Source: a virus | Length of the DNA stretch: 64,000 bases | Reading direction: 5' to 3' (one strand) | IMG/VR virus record: IMGVR_UViG_3300042261_001653 | Location: 3,826 to 67,825 of that record | Shown: in pieces, positions 26,181 through 35,914 of the stretch | How the letters are laid out: every line of letters begins with the position of its first letter | Position numbering within the stretch: the first letter of the stretch is position 1 | Translations under genes and position numbers: made by a program | Notes under the pieces: model-generated | The model's input: the letters and a program-made list of their open reading frames with translations, nothing else | What the model was told of the DNA's origin: nothing | Databases searched by the model: none

Positions 26181-29100
26181 ATGGCTACTTTAACATACAC
26201 AAAAGCACCGCAAGTTAACATAGGCGATAAAATACTCAGCCACCAATATAATGCGCTTGCGAAAGCTTTTAATGACCGCATAAATGGCGGTGCTGCCGAT
26301 GTAGCTTACCGTATTTGGTGGTATGCACATTCATTGGTTAGAGGTATTAGGCTACCAATGGACGAATATAATTGGCCAGCTACAGATGAATGGTGGAAGG
26401 TGTTTGGCCCTTTAAATCCATTAGGATCCGAACAGTATATGTGGCCGGCTGAAGCGGGGCCTGGAGAACCTGGAGGAGCGAATGTATCCAATCCATTGGC
26501 CGGCTTTGTATTCGGACAAGAAACAAGTAAATTACTCAGTGAGGCCGACCGTATTTACATTAATAAATTAGACGATAATGTAATTCCGACTAACGAGTAT
26601 ACTGGGGATTTCCTTAAAGTTTGGAATCACGCCAAAGATCAACGCGGCTACATAAATTCCAAACCGAGTTTTCAAACAAATGCACCTATTTACCAAATGT
26701 CGAGGTATCTAGGTAACGTGCAATACAGCCAATTATCGCCATTTTTAAAATCGTATTCTACATTTAGACCAACACCATATAGCAATAAAAATGTAAAATG
26801 TACCAAGACTAATAGGCTAAAATACTCTTACAAGTTTATGCCCTTGGTTCCGGGTAAGCCAATACTCGAAGCAGGTACCTGCCAAGGAGAAAACGGGCAT
26901 ATCCAATATATTCATTACAGCGAAAATGCGTATATATTGTATTTCAGTGGCGCAAGCCCCTTTAACGATCCTTATAGTATTCCACCAAAACCAGCTGCGA
27001 TAGTTAGCTTACTTTATTCTGACTATTTGGAAACCGGCTCAACTGGTGGCGGAGTATTTACTAAAGTTAAAAGTGAGCATTTTGATCAAATCGTAAACAA
27101 CTATATTTGCGATGCTAGAGGTACCGAAACGGAATTAATAGCCAATAGCTTTGATATCCGTCGCACTGGTTTCAATTTCGAAAAATTCTTCACCACGCAA
27201 TTTCGGTTATCTCCGGCGGTGGGTACGTATAAAAAAGTTAACGGCACTTATATTGCGACGGAAGATATGACGTCGTACCCAGCCTTTGCGATATTGCCTG
27301 TTCTTAAAAATACGGAGTATATTTCCGAATACACCACCAATGAGCTAAATAAAAAAACATTTAAAAGAATAGACGCCACAGGCTACCGATGTAACAACGA
27401 GGTGGTGGCTATTTGTGGTTATCCTTACGGAACACCCAAGTATGTCACAAGTTCTAACACAACTACGGGCTATGACGTACAGTTCGAGACTATAGGTTGC
27501 TTAGGCGGTTACATGGTCGCTTATGAAGGTCTAACAAAACAAATAGCTATAGATATCGTGGATTGCCCACCAGCGGTTAATGGTGTGGAACAACCTGAAG
27601 TATCACTGATACCTGACAGTGCAAAAAACGATACAATACGCGGAATTAAAGCGCTTTGGTTACGGGCTGGCAGACGACAAGAAGCAACAACAACAAGCTC
27701 ATTGCCTTTTAGTCTAATTCATTATTTTGATAGTCCAACAAGACCCGCAGATAGAGTAAAAGTAAAAATTATTGCTATTGATGATGACGATCAAGACGCA
27801 AAAATAACGTTTACGACATCAGTTGGTTTTGTACATGTCGAACTGTTACAGCAACTATATTATCTACCGGATATTTTGGATGCCTACACCGTATTACGTT
27901 TAGGTTCAACTAATGGACTTCCTAGCTCCACTGGTTTCGATACGTTTATGTATGGCGTCAACGGTACAGCTGTGCAAACTATTTACGATAATTATTATAA
28001 GTACGGCGTGGTGCATAACAGCGTGGCGTCTATTGGTGTAGCGGATGATCACTTAAATGTAAATTCAACCTACGAATCTACACGTAAATTCATCAATGAT
28101 AACTTACGTATGATTCCAAGAGCGCAGCTGACCGGATACGGCGTAATAACGGATCCAAATACAAACGTAGAAAAATCGGTACTATACTTCCGCAAAACAA
28201 TTGCGAATAGATATAACGGCATAGCTGGTGCAGAATTTACAGATATATTGTATCCCTTAGTTACAAGTGATATTACTTCTTTAGTGAAAATACCGGCTAA
28301 AACGGATTTAATTGCCGGGCAGCCTTACATTGTATCTCAAACTACTTCTGACTTATGGATGCCATATAGAGCATACACCAACGAGACTGTACCAGCACCG
28401 TACTATAAAGTTAAATTAAGCTACGAACCTGGCGATTATGTAATTTATGCTAATCAAACTTATGCTCCACGGTCGGTTATAACTGGTGCGTCACAAACAG
28501 AACGTGCGTCTGCATCTTTTTCGCCTACAGTAAATGTACCTATAACTTTGCTTTTTAACCAAAACGGGCTAATGGTTAAAAATAAAGACATTACTGCTAT
28601 TATCGCAGCACAAGAAGATGCGGGCATGATCCTTCCATTAAAGCTGACTTACGACTGGTACACCATACCTGAAGACAAACCAGCGTCTGAACAAGCCAAT
28701 CCTAACGCAGAAGTTAATAACGGTTACAATTACTTTATATATCGCGATGCTGTATTGCGTAATGGTGGGGCGGTAGAAACTGATACTGTTGCTTCACCCA
28801 ACAGTGTTGATATGAAGTCTGGACGTTATGCCATTCAGTATAAATATGAAGGTGGAGCTATATACGGATATTATTACTTCAATGATACACAAGCAAATCA
28901 AGCGGACTTCATTAATAAATATTCGCAAGTAACTTATCGATTACAAGTAGTACCTAAGGTTATTGCCAGCTCAAGTAAAGTAAAGGTGCTGCCACAATAT
29001 AACGTGTTGCCGTTAACTTTAAATATCACTGGTTACGCGGCTAATAAAAAATATAAGATTGTACGCTTAACTGGTCCAGCCTCAGCCATAGTTGAAAAAG

Positions 29101-32100
29101 TACTCGTGGCCTACTATCAAGCACAGCAGTACACTGATGCATTAAACGATGTAGATGTTTATACAAGCAACGTAGCTGGACAAATACCAGGTATAACAAA
29201 AGATTCTGAAACTCAACAATGGCACAGGGTATACTGGACTACTGACAATGGGACCACTTGGACTAAGGGAAGTTTTACTTATGCTGAAAGGCATGCTACT
29301 GTTTGGTATGACTCAGTAGAAAAACAGTATCTCGGTGAATCTCAATTAGTTCCGTATGCCACAACTTATACAGTTGGCACTACGGATTATAAGGCTGTTG
29401 TTGCATATCGCGTAACAGGTGAAAATGTCGAAGGCAACGGTGTAAGTTATCAAGAGTTCACCTATTACCAAGACATACCTAGTATTTGGACTACGATTAG
29501 TAAATCGGTCAATGCTCGGTTTGTTTGGGGCAGCGCTACCATGGCCGAGCTATTAAAGATGGTCTCTTTGACTAATAAAGATTTACGAACAACAGGTAAT
29601 GTAAAAATAGAGCAATACTTTGCTGGTTTATTTTCAGAGCAATACGACATAGATGCAATACTCGGCGATAATCCCGCGAATTACAAAAATTACAATGTAC
29701 TGCACAAAGAAATATCCACGTATAGCTGGGCTGGGCCTGGAAACGCCATAGGAGGCTCGCTTCAAGCTTCCATACCGGTTGAAAATCAAATCGGAACAGC
29801 CTTACCTACAGCATTAAGCGTATATAAATTATACTCAGGAAAAGAGCGGGTAGCTTTTTCAAACGGAACCGGTATTGTAGAAAACAGCAACTACTTGGTT
29901 AAAAGCAATAACACCGCGAATTACGTAACGTATAATAATCAAAAATACTGCGCTGGTGAAACGTTTATAGGTGGAACTGCAACTACGTACGATGTGTCAG
30001 ACCCCAGTGTAGTGATATTTTTAGTTGAATCAAATCTTACAGGTTCTTCTAATTTCGAAATATTCGGAGGCATGTTAGGTAAAACGGTAATGGATGGTAC
30101 GGCTACAGAGTCGGGTGATACTTATGCCGATCATTCAGATCATTTGCTTACTTCTGACGATTATACTGATTCTGTGGTATACGCCGTAACCACTGGTAGT
30201 GTTACTTACAAAGAAGCAGGCGCCACGAAAACGGTAGGAGCGGGAGGTACCTTTGTTTGGAATAAAGATTGTAGCTTATTTAAACGAGTTAACGGCACTG
30301 AGCCAGTCGTAATACAGATAAACGGGATAATTAAAAAAGCGCCTAGGAACGGCACATCCAATGAATGGTCCATGTTTGCGGGATTCAATCATTACAATCC
30401 ATCAAATAGTTCAGTTTGGAAAACCGATAATTATGGTGATATTTTACCGGTACTACACAATCGCTGTCATGTCGACTCGTACAATTTAGGCTATAAGGAG
30501 AAGTACGAAACTTTACGTAATCAATTTGCGTATGGTAACGCGCCAATCATGGTTTCAGAAGCTTCACCTGGTTATACTTATCTAGATGGTGTAATCGGCA
30601 CAAATGCGAGTAGAGATTTTTTCAGCAGTTGCCAGATTTATACTCCACCTGCGCAATTGGAATCAGTCAAACTACTTCCAGCTCAGAGTACGGACAGTAT
30701 TTGTACCGGTGGTATGGATTACGACCAAGTGGTGATGACTTTTACCGGCCGGTTGCAACATGCAAAAATTACCACTTCTTCTACTAGAGCTATAAACGCG
30801 CATATTGGCGCTGGAACTACGGCTAGTTGGACAGCATTAAAAAAAGATCTGGAATTAGAAACATATCGCACAGATGAAAATGGCATTAGAGAGTATTTAT
30901 GCGGCATTATAGGCAATGGCTTACATAATCAATTTCCAGACAATCTCGCTACGCCGGGCTATGAATGTCGACGAGGCTTAATAGGTGATCAAGCTCCAGA
31001 CGGTGATCTTTATCATTCAGGTGATTCACCATTTGGTTGCTGCCATCCTAGGTTTTATTTTATTAGGAATGTTAGGAAAGTTTATCAAGATAATAACGAC
31101 ACTGTGGATCTAAACATAGATTCACATATGTTAGCTTATGACTTTCGAGTAATGGAGTTTTATTTAAGAGCTATGTGCGGAGGGTTCTTAAATTTAGCAG
31201 CAACCAAGGTCAGCGATTACTGCGTTGAAGGATACGAAGACTCGTTTTACGCTGACTATACTTTTGAAGAATTATGCTACCAAGGCATGCAGCAACTAGC
31301 AGTTCCTAAATGGGTTTGTGGCGAGGATGCGGAATGTACAGTAGAAGTAAATAAGCCACCGAATGAATTTGCAGTATCTGCCGTGGGTGTACGATTCCAA
31401 TTTAGTGTACCTGCAACGTTACATGGCACAAGTAAACCGGTAGCCCTTTACGCTAATTCAGTTACATTTGTTACCGTAGACGAAGAGACTTCTGTGAGTT
31501 TTGAAGATGGAGGTTGGCGAACAGTTGAGGCTGCGTTTTTAACTAATCCAGCTGGAACGCAGTTAGAATTTACAACTACGTTAACGTGGGAAGGGAAACA
31601 GGCCTATTATACTATTTTCCAACTCAAGTACGACGACGACGTTACAATAGACATAACAGGGTATGTGATAGGTCAAAAGCATATTCTGTATTTCCCATTT
31701 TTAGCGTCAGAAACATTAAATACACAACGCTACGGTTATTCGTATCAAACTACTGTGGTTAGTGCCAATACCGGACAAATTACAATAAATAACTGGACAG
31801 CAACTACGACCACCTTTTTTGATAAAGAGCATGCTTGTAAGGATGGCTGCACGTATTACACAGACTATTGTAAAACATTGCCAGATAGTTGCGCACCTAC
31901 CGGTAACATCGGCTGCGCGAACGTAAATTGTAGTTATACGATAGAATCGGTTAATGCCAAAGGTTTGCTGGGTACAGAAATGCTGGATAAACCAGGGTTT
32001 ATTGCTTGTGCCGTAAGCTACAACGTAATCGACACGATAGACGTTGAGTCCAACATTGTAGGTAGTGAGTCAAATCCAACGTACACGTTAAATTGGCCGA

Positions 32101-34256
32101 TGTCCTATGGCTCTGTTTATGACGTATACGTAAGTTTTGCTACTACCACTCCAGTGCCACCCGGTGATTGGGCAAAATTAACAGCTGACGCCAAAAGTCC
32201 AATCACCTATCGTAAAAGTGATCTTATTGAGACTACCACTGAAGATGTAACCGATTATGTTGAATATGGTGGGTTGGTTCTTGTACCAAATAGAACCAAC
32301 AATCCGACGTTGGTATTTCCAAAGTTTACGCCGAATATTCAATCTGACGTAGACACTAACGGTGTCACCTATTATTACATCGCAGGCGAGGAGCTAATTC
32401 CAGATGTTGCGACTCCTGGTGCTGGGTTAGAAAAAGCCCCAAGTGTGGCCTTGATTGTAGAGCCTGCAGATAGGGGTGAAACAACTAAAACTATTATTTC
32501 TCAACCGAGATTTAATAATGCTTCGCCTGCTGTGGTTGGTGGAGCCTTTGTGGGTGCTAGGATACTTTCTGGCGGTGTATTCACAGCTATCAATGTGAAG
32601 GCGCGGTTGGTTCTAGGTTTACCGTTAAATGTAACGTTTAACGATTTGACAGCTGGTGAAGCCTACGTTGTTACCCGTACAGACACAATTGAAACTGTTG
32701 AAAACAATCAAACAACAAGCATAGCAACGACCATAACTGTAGGAGAAATTTATGCACCTGCCGGTAACACCTCTGCAAGTATAGTGGACCCTTTTGACTA
32801 TGATCCTCGAGTGACTAAAATGGAATGGGCCATAAATACCAGAGATGGCGTAAGTGTTGGTTGGCATACAGCAGAAGAAATAAATAAAACGGGTATCAAA
32901 TATTATGCTTATTTATTAGATACTTCAAAACCGGAATCTGACGCTGAGCCATATAATCCAAAAAAGTTAATAGCTGCCGGCGAAACAACGTCTGACGTTA
33001 ATTTAAAAACTTTTACATCACCAACAACTTTTCCGGCAACGCTTAATTCAGTTATCAATTCAACAAATCCTGAATACCGGCAAGTATATATGCAGGCGGA
33101 ATGGACTAAAAATACAGGTGAACCTAAATTTCAAATTAGGGTTAGACCAGCTTTATTGAAAAACCGAAGATTTTCACCATTAACCATGGCACTAAGATAT
33201 GACCGGCCTAAAGGATTTGGTATGGTGCCGTATACTTGTGCATATGCTGAAATGTTTAATTACTACAGTGGTTGCATAAACCTATTAACTAAATGCCGCG
33301 TAGATCTTCCAGTAACTTACCAATATCGGTTAACTGAAAAAACTAGTTGTAAGACTGTACCAAAAATAACTACAGGTGTGGTAGTGGGCGCCGGTGATGA
33401 GTCAACATACTGGTTTGATAGGGTTTATCGTGGAGTTGGAGAACAAACAGGTTGGACTTCAAATTATGTGTACACACAAACAGAGCATTCCAACTGGACT
33501 AGTATTGTTTTAAACGCAACTTTTGCAGAATTAATTGGCGCCAATAAACGGGGTGTGCATGAATCCAATACATACGCCACTAGGCTTCGAGAAGTTAACA
33601 ATGAGATTTTAGAATCGGAGTTGTTAAATATCACCACAAAGCAATTTATTGAATTCAAGGTAGTATTGGGAGAGGTAGTTAAAGCAATACCGGACATCTT
33701 GCAAAACCTAGTAGGAAAGAATGTGTTAATCACTATTGCTGAAGGTCATAACCCCGATAATCTAAGTAGTACCGTAACACAAAAAATTTCAGAAGCAAGT
33801 GACGATGATCCAAATTGCTATGTGCGTAACTCTGATGGAACCTATAATTATGGTGAACCCCCAGCTGAGGTTATAACAACAATAGACGATCCGAGTAATC
33901 CGAGCGTAAAGCGTATAACAAAAAGAATCAAATACCGATATCTAACCGATATAACTAAAAGCATTCCTTCTCCAATGGTTTGGCAACAGGTTATTAAAGA
34001 TGGAAAAGATCGGAGTAAAAAGGTGTTGCTAACCACTACAGAAATTTACAGCCCGGCAAAATGCACTACGTTTTTAAATAAAATTGCGCTTCCACCGACA
34101 CCAGCTGGAGATTTATTATATTACACAGCTGTACCGGTTAATGGAAGTGTGTTTACAGTTGATGCTGCGAATATTTCAGGTCTAAGTTACACTCGCGCAG
34201 ACCTTTCATCTATATTGTTTTATATCGACGTACCCTTTACTGCTTACACGCCATGA
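26181..34256 (+). CDS. Very large (2691 aa) putative tail/baseplate structural protein
   Basis: Uninterrupted 8-kb ORF, Thr/Tyr/Val-rich beta composition. Confidence 0.75.
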   Translation: MATLTYTKAPQVNIGDKILSHQYNALAKAFNDRINGGAADVAYRIWWYAHSLVRGIRLPMDEYNWPATDEWWKVFGPLNPLGSEQYMWPAEAGPGEPGGANVSNPLAGFVFGQETSKLLSEADRIYINKLDDNVIPTNEYTGDFLKVWNHAKDQRGYINSKPSFQTNAPIYQMSRYLGNVQYSQLSPFLKSYSTFRPTPYSNKNVKCTKTNRLKYSYKFMPLVPGKPILEAGTCQGENGHIQYIHYSENAYILYFSGASPFNDPYSIPPKPAAIVSLLYSDYLETGSTGGGVFTKVKSEHFDQIVNNYICDARGTETELIANSFDIRRTGFNFEKFFTTQFRLSPAVGTYKKVNGTYIATEDMTSYPAFAILPVLKNTEYISEYTTNELNKKTFKRIDATGYRCNNEVVAICGYPYGTPKYVTSSNTTTGYDVQFETIGCLGGYMVAYEGLTKQIAIDIVDCPPAVNGVEQPEVSLIPDSAKNDTIRGIKALWLRAGRRQEATTTSSLPFSLIHYFDSPTRPADRVKVKIIAIDDDDQDAKITFTTSVGFVHVELLQQLYYLPDILDAYTVLRLGSTNGLPSSTGFDTFMYGVNGTAVQTIYDNYYKYGVVHNSVASIGVADDHLNVNSTYESTRKFINDNLRMIPRAQLTGYGVITDPNTNVEKSVLYFRKTIANRYNGIAGAEFTDILYPLVTSDITSLVKIPAKTDLIAGQPYIVSQTTSDLWMPYRAYTNETVPAPYYKVKLSYEPGDYVIYANQTYAPRSVITGASQTERASASFSPTVNVPITLLFNQNGLMVKNKDITAIIAAQEDAGMILPLKLTYDWYTIPEDKPASEQANPNAEVNNGYNYFIYRDAVLRNGGAVETDTVASPNSVDMKSGRYAIQYKYEGGAIYGYYYFNDTQANQADFINKYSQVTYRLQVVPKVIASSSKVKVLPQYNVLPLTLNITGYAANKKYKIVRLTGPASAIVEKVLVAYYQAQQYTDALNDVDVYTSNVAGQIPGITKDSETQQWHRVYWTTDNGTTWTKGSFTYAERHATVWYDSVEKQYLGESQLVPYATTYTVGTTDYKAVVAYRVTGENVEGNGVSYQEFTYYQDIPSIWTTISKSVNARFVWGSATMAELLKMVSLTNKDLRTTGNVKIEQYFAGLFSEQYDIDAILGDNPANYKNYNVLHKEISTYSWAGPGNAIGGSLQASIPVENQIGTALPTALSVYKLYSGKERVAFSNGTGIVENSNYLVKSNNTANYVTYNNQKYCAGETFIGGTATTYDVSDPSVVIFLVESNLTGSSNFEIFGGMLGKTVMDGTATESGDTYADHSDHLLTSDDYTDSVVYAVTTGSVTYKEAGATKTVGAGGTFVWNKDCSLFKRVNGTEPVVIQINGIIKKAPRNGTSNEWSMFAGFNHYNPSNSSVWKTDNYGDILPVLHNRCHVDSYNLGYKEKYETLRNQFAYGNAPIMVSEASPGYTYLDGVIGTNASRDFFSSCQIYTPPAQLESVKLLPAQSTDSICTGGMDYDQVVMTFTGRLQHAKITTSSTRAINAHIGAGTTASWTALKKDLELETYRTDENGIREYLCGIIGNGLHNQFPDNLATPGYECRRGLIGDQAPDGDLYHSGDSPFGCCHPRFYFIRNVRKVYQDNNDTVDLNIDSHMLAYDFRVMEFYLRAMCGGFLNLAATKVSDYCVEGYEDSFYADYTFEELCYQGMQQLAVPKWVCGEDAECTVEVNKPPNEFAVSAVGVRFQFSVPATLHGTSKPVALYANSVTFVTVDEETSVSFEDGGWRTVEAAFLTNPAGTQLEFTTTLTWEGKQAYYTIFQLKYDDDVTIDITGYVIGQKHILYFPFLASETLNTQRYGYSYQTTVVSANTGQITINNWTATTTTFFDKEHACKDGCTYYTDYCKTLPDSCAPTGNIGCANVNCSYTIESVNAKGLLGTEMLDKPGFIACAVSYNVIDTIDVESNIVGSESNPTYTLNWPMSYGSVYDVYVSFATTTPVPPGDWAKLTADAKSPITYRKSDLIETTTEDVTDYVEYGGLVLVPNRTNNPTLVFPKFTPNIQSDVDTNGVTYYYIAGEELIPDVATPGAGLEKAPSVALIVEPADRGETTKTIISQPRFNNASPAVVGGAFVGARILSGGVFTAINVKARLVLGLPLNVTFNDLTAGEAYVVTRTDTIETVENNQTTSIATTITVGEIYAPAGNTSASIVDPFDYDPRVTKMEWAINTRDGVSVGWHTAEEINKTGIKYYAYLLDTSKPESDAEPYNPKKLIAAGETTSDVNLKTFTSPTTFPATLNSVINSTNPEYRQVYMQAEWTKNTGEPKFQIRVRPALLKNRRFSPLTMALRYDRPKGFGMVPYTCAYAEMFNYYSGCINLLTKCRVDLPVTYQYRLTEKTSCKTVPKITTGVVVGAGDESTYWFDRVYRGVGEQTGWTSNYVYTQTEHSNWTSIVLNATFAELIGANKRGVHESNTYATRLREVNNEILESELLNITTKQFIEFKVVLGEVVKAIPDILQNLVGKNVLITIAEGHNPDNLSSTVTQKISEASDDDPNCYVRNSDGTYNYGEPPAEVITTIDDPSNPSVKRITKRIKYRYLTDITKSIPSPMVWQQVIKDGKDRSKKVLLTTTEIYSPAKCTTFLNKIALPPTPAGDLLYYTAVPVNGSVFTVDAANISGLSYTRADLSSILFYIDVPFTAYTP

Positions 34257-34636
34257 GAATACCTATAGCTATTCCGCCTTCCAGGAAGCAACCCGTAGCT
34301 CGGTTACTCACAGTTGCCGAATATACAGCTAAAGAACCAATCAGTGTTGAGCCTATTGTGCCTCAAGTTGTTGAAGAAGTTAAGCAGCCTGAATTGCCGT
34401 CTAAATTCGAGATGGCTAAAAATATAACTAAATCTGCTCTGGCCGTAGCCAAAGGAATATTACAAGGTCAACCAATAAAAGAAACAACCAGCGAATCACA
34501 ACGACGGCTGGAAATATGTGGAAGATGCGAATTCTTTAGGAAAGCAGATCAACGGTGTTCCAAGTGTGGTTGCTATATGGCAGTAAAAACATATCTTAAA
34601 GCTTCTAGGTGTCCTTTGCCCGTACCTAGGTGGTAG
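34253..34636 (+). CDS. Cys-rich DUF6171-like protein
   Basis: RRLEICGRCEFF...RCSKCGCY...KT.L...CP...W. Confidence 0.65.
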   Translation: MRIPIAIPPSRKQPVARLLTVAEYTAKEPISVEPIVPQVVEEVKQPELPSKFEMAKNITKSALAVAKGILQGQPIKETTSESQRRLEICGRCEFFRKADQRCSKCGCYMAVKTYLKASRCPLPVPRW

Positions 34637-34669
34637 CTAAAAAAAAAGGGGATAACCCCCTTGTTTTTT

Positions 34670-34855
34670 TTATTTTTTTTTTCTTCGCCTAATCCGAACC
34701 GTGAACTTCCGGTTCGGATAATCCACCAATTGGTGGATGATGTCCGCATCCACCTCCAACAACGCCGCCGCCACCGTAATGGGCGGCACATCACAATTGT
34801 AATCATTTTGCATGACTTGCCAGTCATGCAAAATTTCTACTTGTGTTCTTTTCAT
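34670..34855 (-). CDS. Small hypothetical protein
   Basis: GAAAAGGA upstream; bounded by promoter motif and Tn-AGCT terminator. Confidence 0.55.
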   Translation of the reverse strand: MKRTQVEILHDWQVMQNDYNCDVPPITVAAALLEVDADIIHQLVDYPNRKFTVRIRRRKKK

Positions 34856-34881
34856 GTGTCCTTTTCATGTTAGTATTTAAA

Positions 34882-34917
34882 AAAAAGGCTATGAAACACA
34901 TATTTCATAGCCTTTTT
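34882..34917. terminator. Strong hairpin with A/T tails
   Basis: AAAAAGGCTATGAAA-CACATA-TTTCATAGCCTTTTT. Confidence 0.75.
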
Positions 34918-34920
34918 CTA

Positions 34921-34936
34921 TTCAATTAATTATACC
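34921..34936 (-). promoter_or_regulatory. Conserved phage promoter-like motif GGTATAATTAATTGAA (copy 1 of 7)
   Basis: Identical at 42714-42729 and 48601-48616; variants at 41782, 44369, 46611, 48331. Confidence 0.7.
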
Positions 34937-34963
34937 ACTTACGGAGCAGTATAATTACCCGGG

Positions 34964-35653
34964 TTATGCCTCAGGTATTTTAACTGTAGAATTAAGTACC
35001 TTGTCGTGTGAAACCCATTCCAAATCACCGTTGTTATTTTTCATCACGCGATACAGTTTTCTATCCCTACCTTTAGCTACGCCTTGATTAATATAATTCG
35101 TTACACCAATACGCGTAGATTCAACAACCAAAGCTGGATCGAAAAATCCAAACGAGCTACTGCTTAGTTGCCGGGACTCGTCAGGTATCGCCGATTCGGA
35201 TATGCCTCCGGTACCTACCTTCGTCACCTTAGAAGAATCACTAAGAATGGCAATTGGATTGATACCTTCTACGGAACTGCTAAGCGAGTTACCGATAACT
35301 GTAGACCTTAGCTGTGGGGTAAAGAAACCTGAGTGCCACCAGTCCAAATTTCGTTTTTGACGTATTTTAAGCTGGGCTTTCTTTTGCAGCCTCCCAGCAT
35401 CCTTGGCGATGTGCTCATGTAAATAATCTTCAAAACCTAGAAACGACGAGAACTTAAGATTGTCGCGATCATCTGGTTTGGCTTTATTATTGGAGACTGC
35501 GATGATTTTTTTCGAGCTATCCAACATCGATTGCAACGAGATACTGGCGTAAGGATGATTTAAAGTTTGACCTGTAACAGAGGGGTCTAGCCGAGTACCT
35601 GCCAACCACTTCTTCAGTTTTTCTATTTTTTCAGCTTTTGTTAGGGTGGACAT
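34964..35653 (-). CDS. rpoB: RNA polymerase beta middle fragment (fork/Rif region)
   Basis: PDDRDNL (DDIDHL), INPIAILSDSSKVTKVGTGGI ([21 protein letters not shown]), FGFFDPALVVESTRIGV (YGRVCPIETPEGPNIGL). Confidence 0.85.
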   Translation of the reverse strand: MSTLTKAEKIEKLKKWLAGTRLDPSVTGQTLNHPYASISLQSMLDSSKKIIAVSNNKAKPDDRDNLKFSSFLGFEDYLHEHIAKDAGRLQKKAQLKIRQKRNLDWWHSGFFTPQLRSTVIGNSLSSSVEGINPIAILSDSSKVTKVGTGGISESAIPDESRQLSSSSFGFFDPALVVESTRIGVTNYINQGVAKGRDRKLYRVMKNNNGDLEWVSHDKVLNSTVKIPEA

Positions 35654-35719
35654 AAATTTTTCTTGTGCGGACGTGTTAACACCTATAAATTAATTTTAAT
35701 ATATTTAACTACGAATACC

Positions 35720-35914
35720 ATGAATATCAATATCGATATCGACGAAAACGATTCTTCACTAACTATGCTTGTAGACGATCTGCATTTAATTACGGCTTAT
35801 ACCCATCGAGGAACAGTTAAGTTTAAGGGTTTAGCACCGATTATTGACGATCCATTGTACGACGTACTCACCGCGATTGCCCAACAGTTATTGTCTTTGT
35901 GTAAGAAAGATTAA
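35720..35914 (+). CDS. Hypothetical protein
   Basis: ATG 35720 in A/T-rich leader. Confidence 0.45.
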   Translation: MNINIDIDENDSSLTMLVDDLHLITAYTHRGTVKFKGLAPIIDDPLYDVLTAIAQQLLSLCKKD

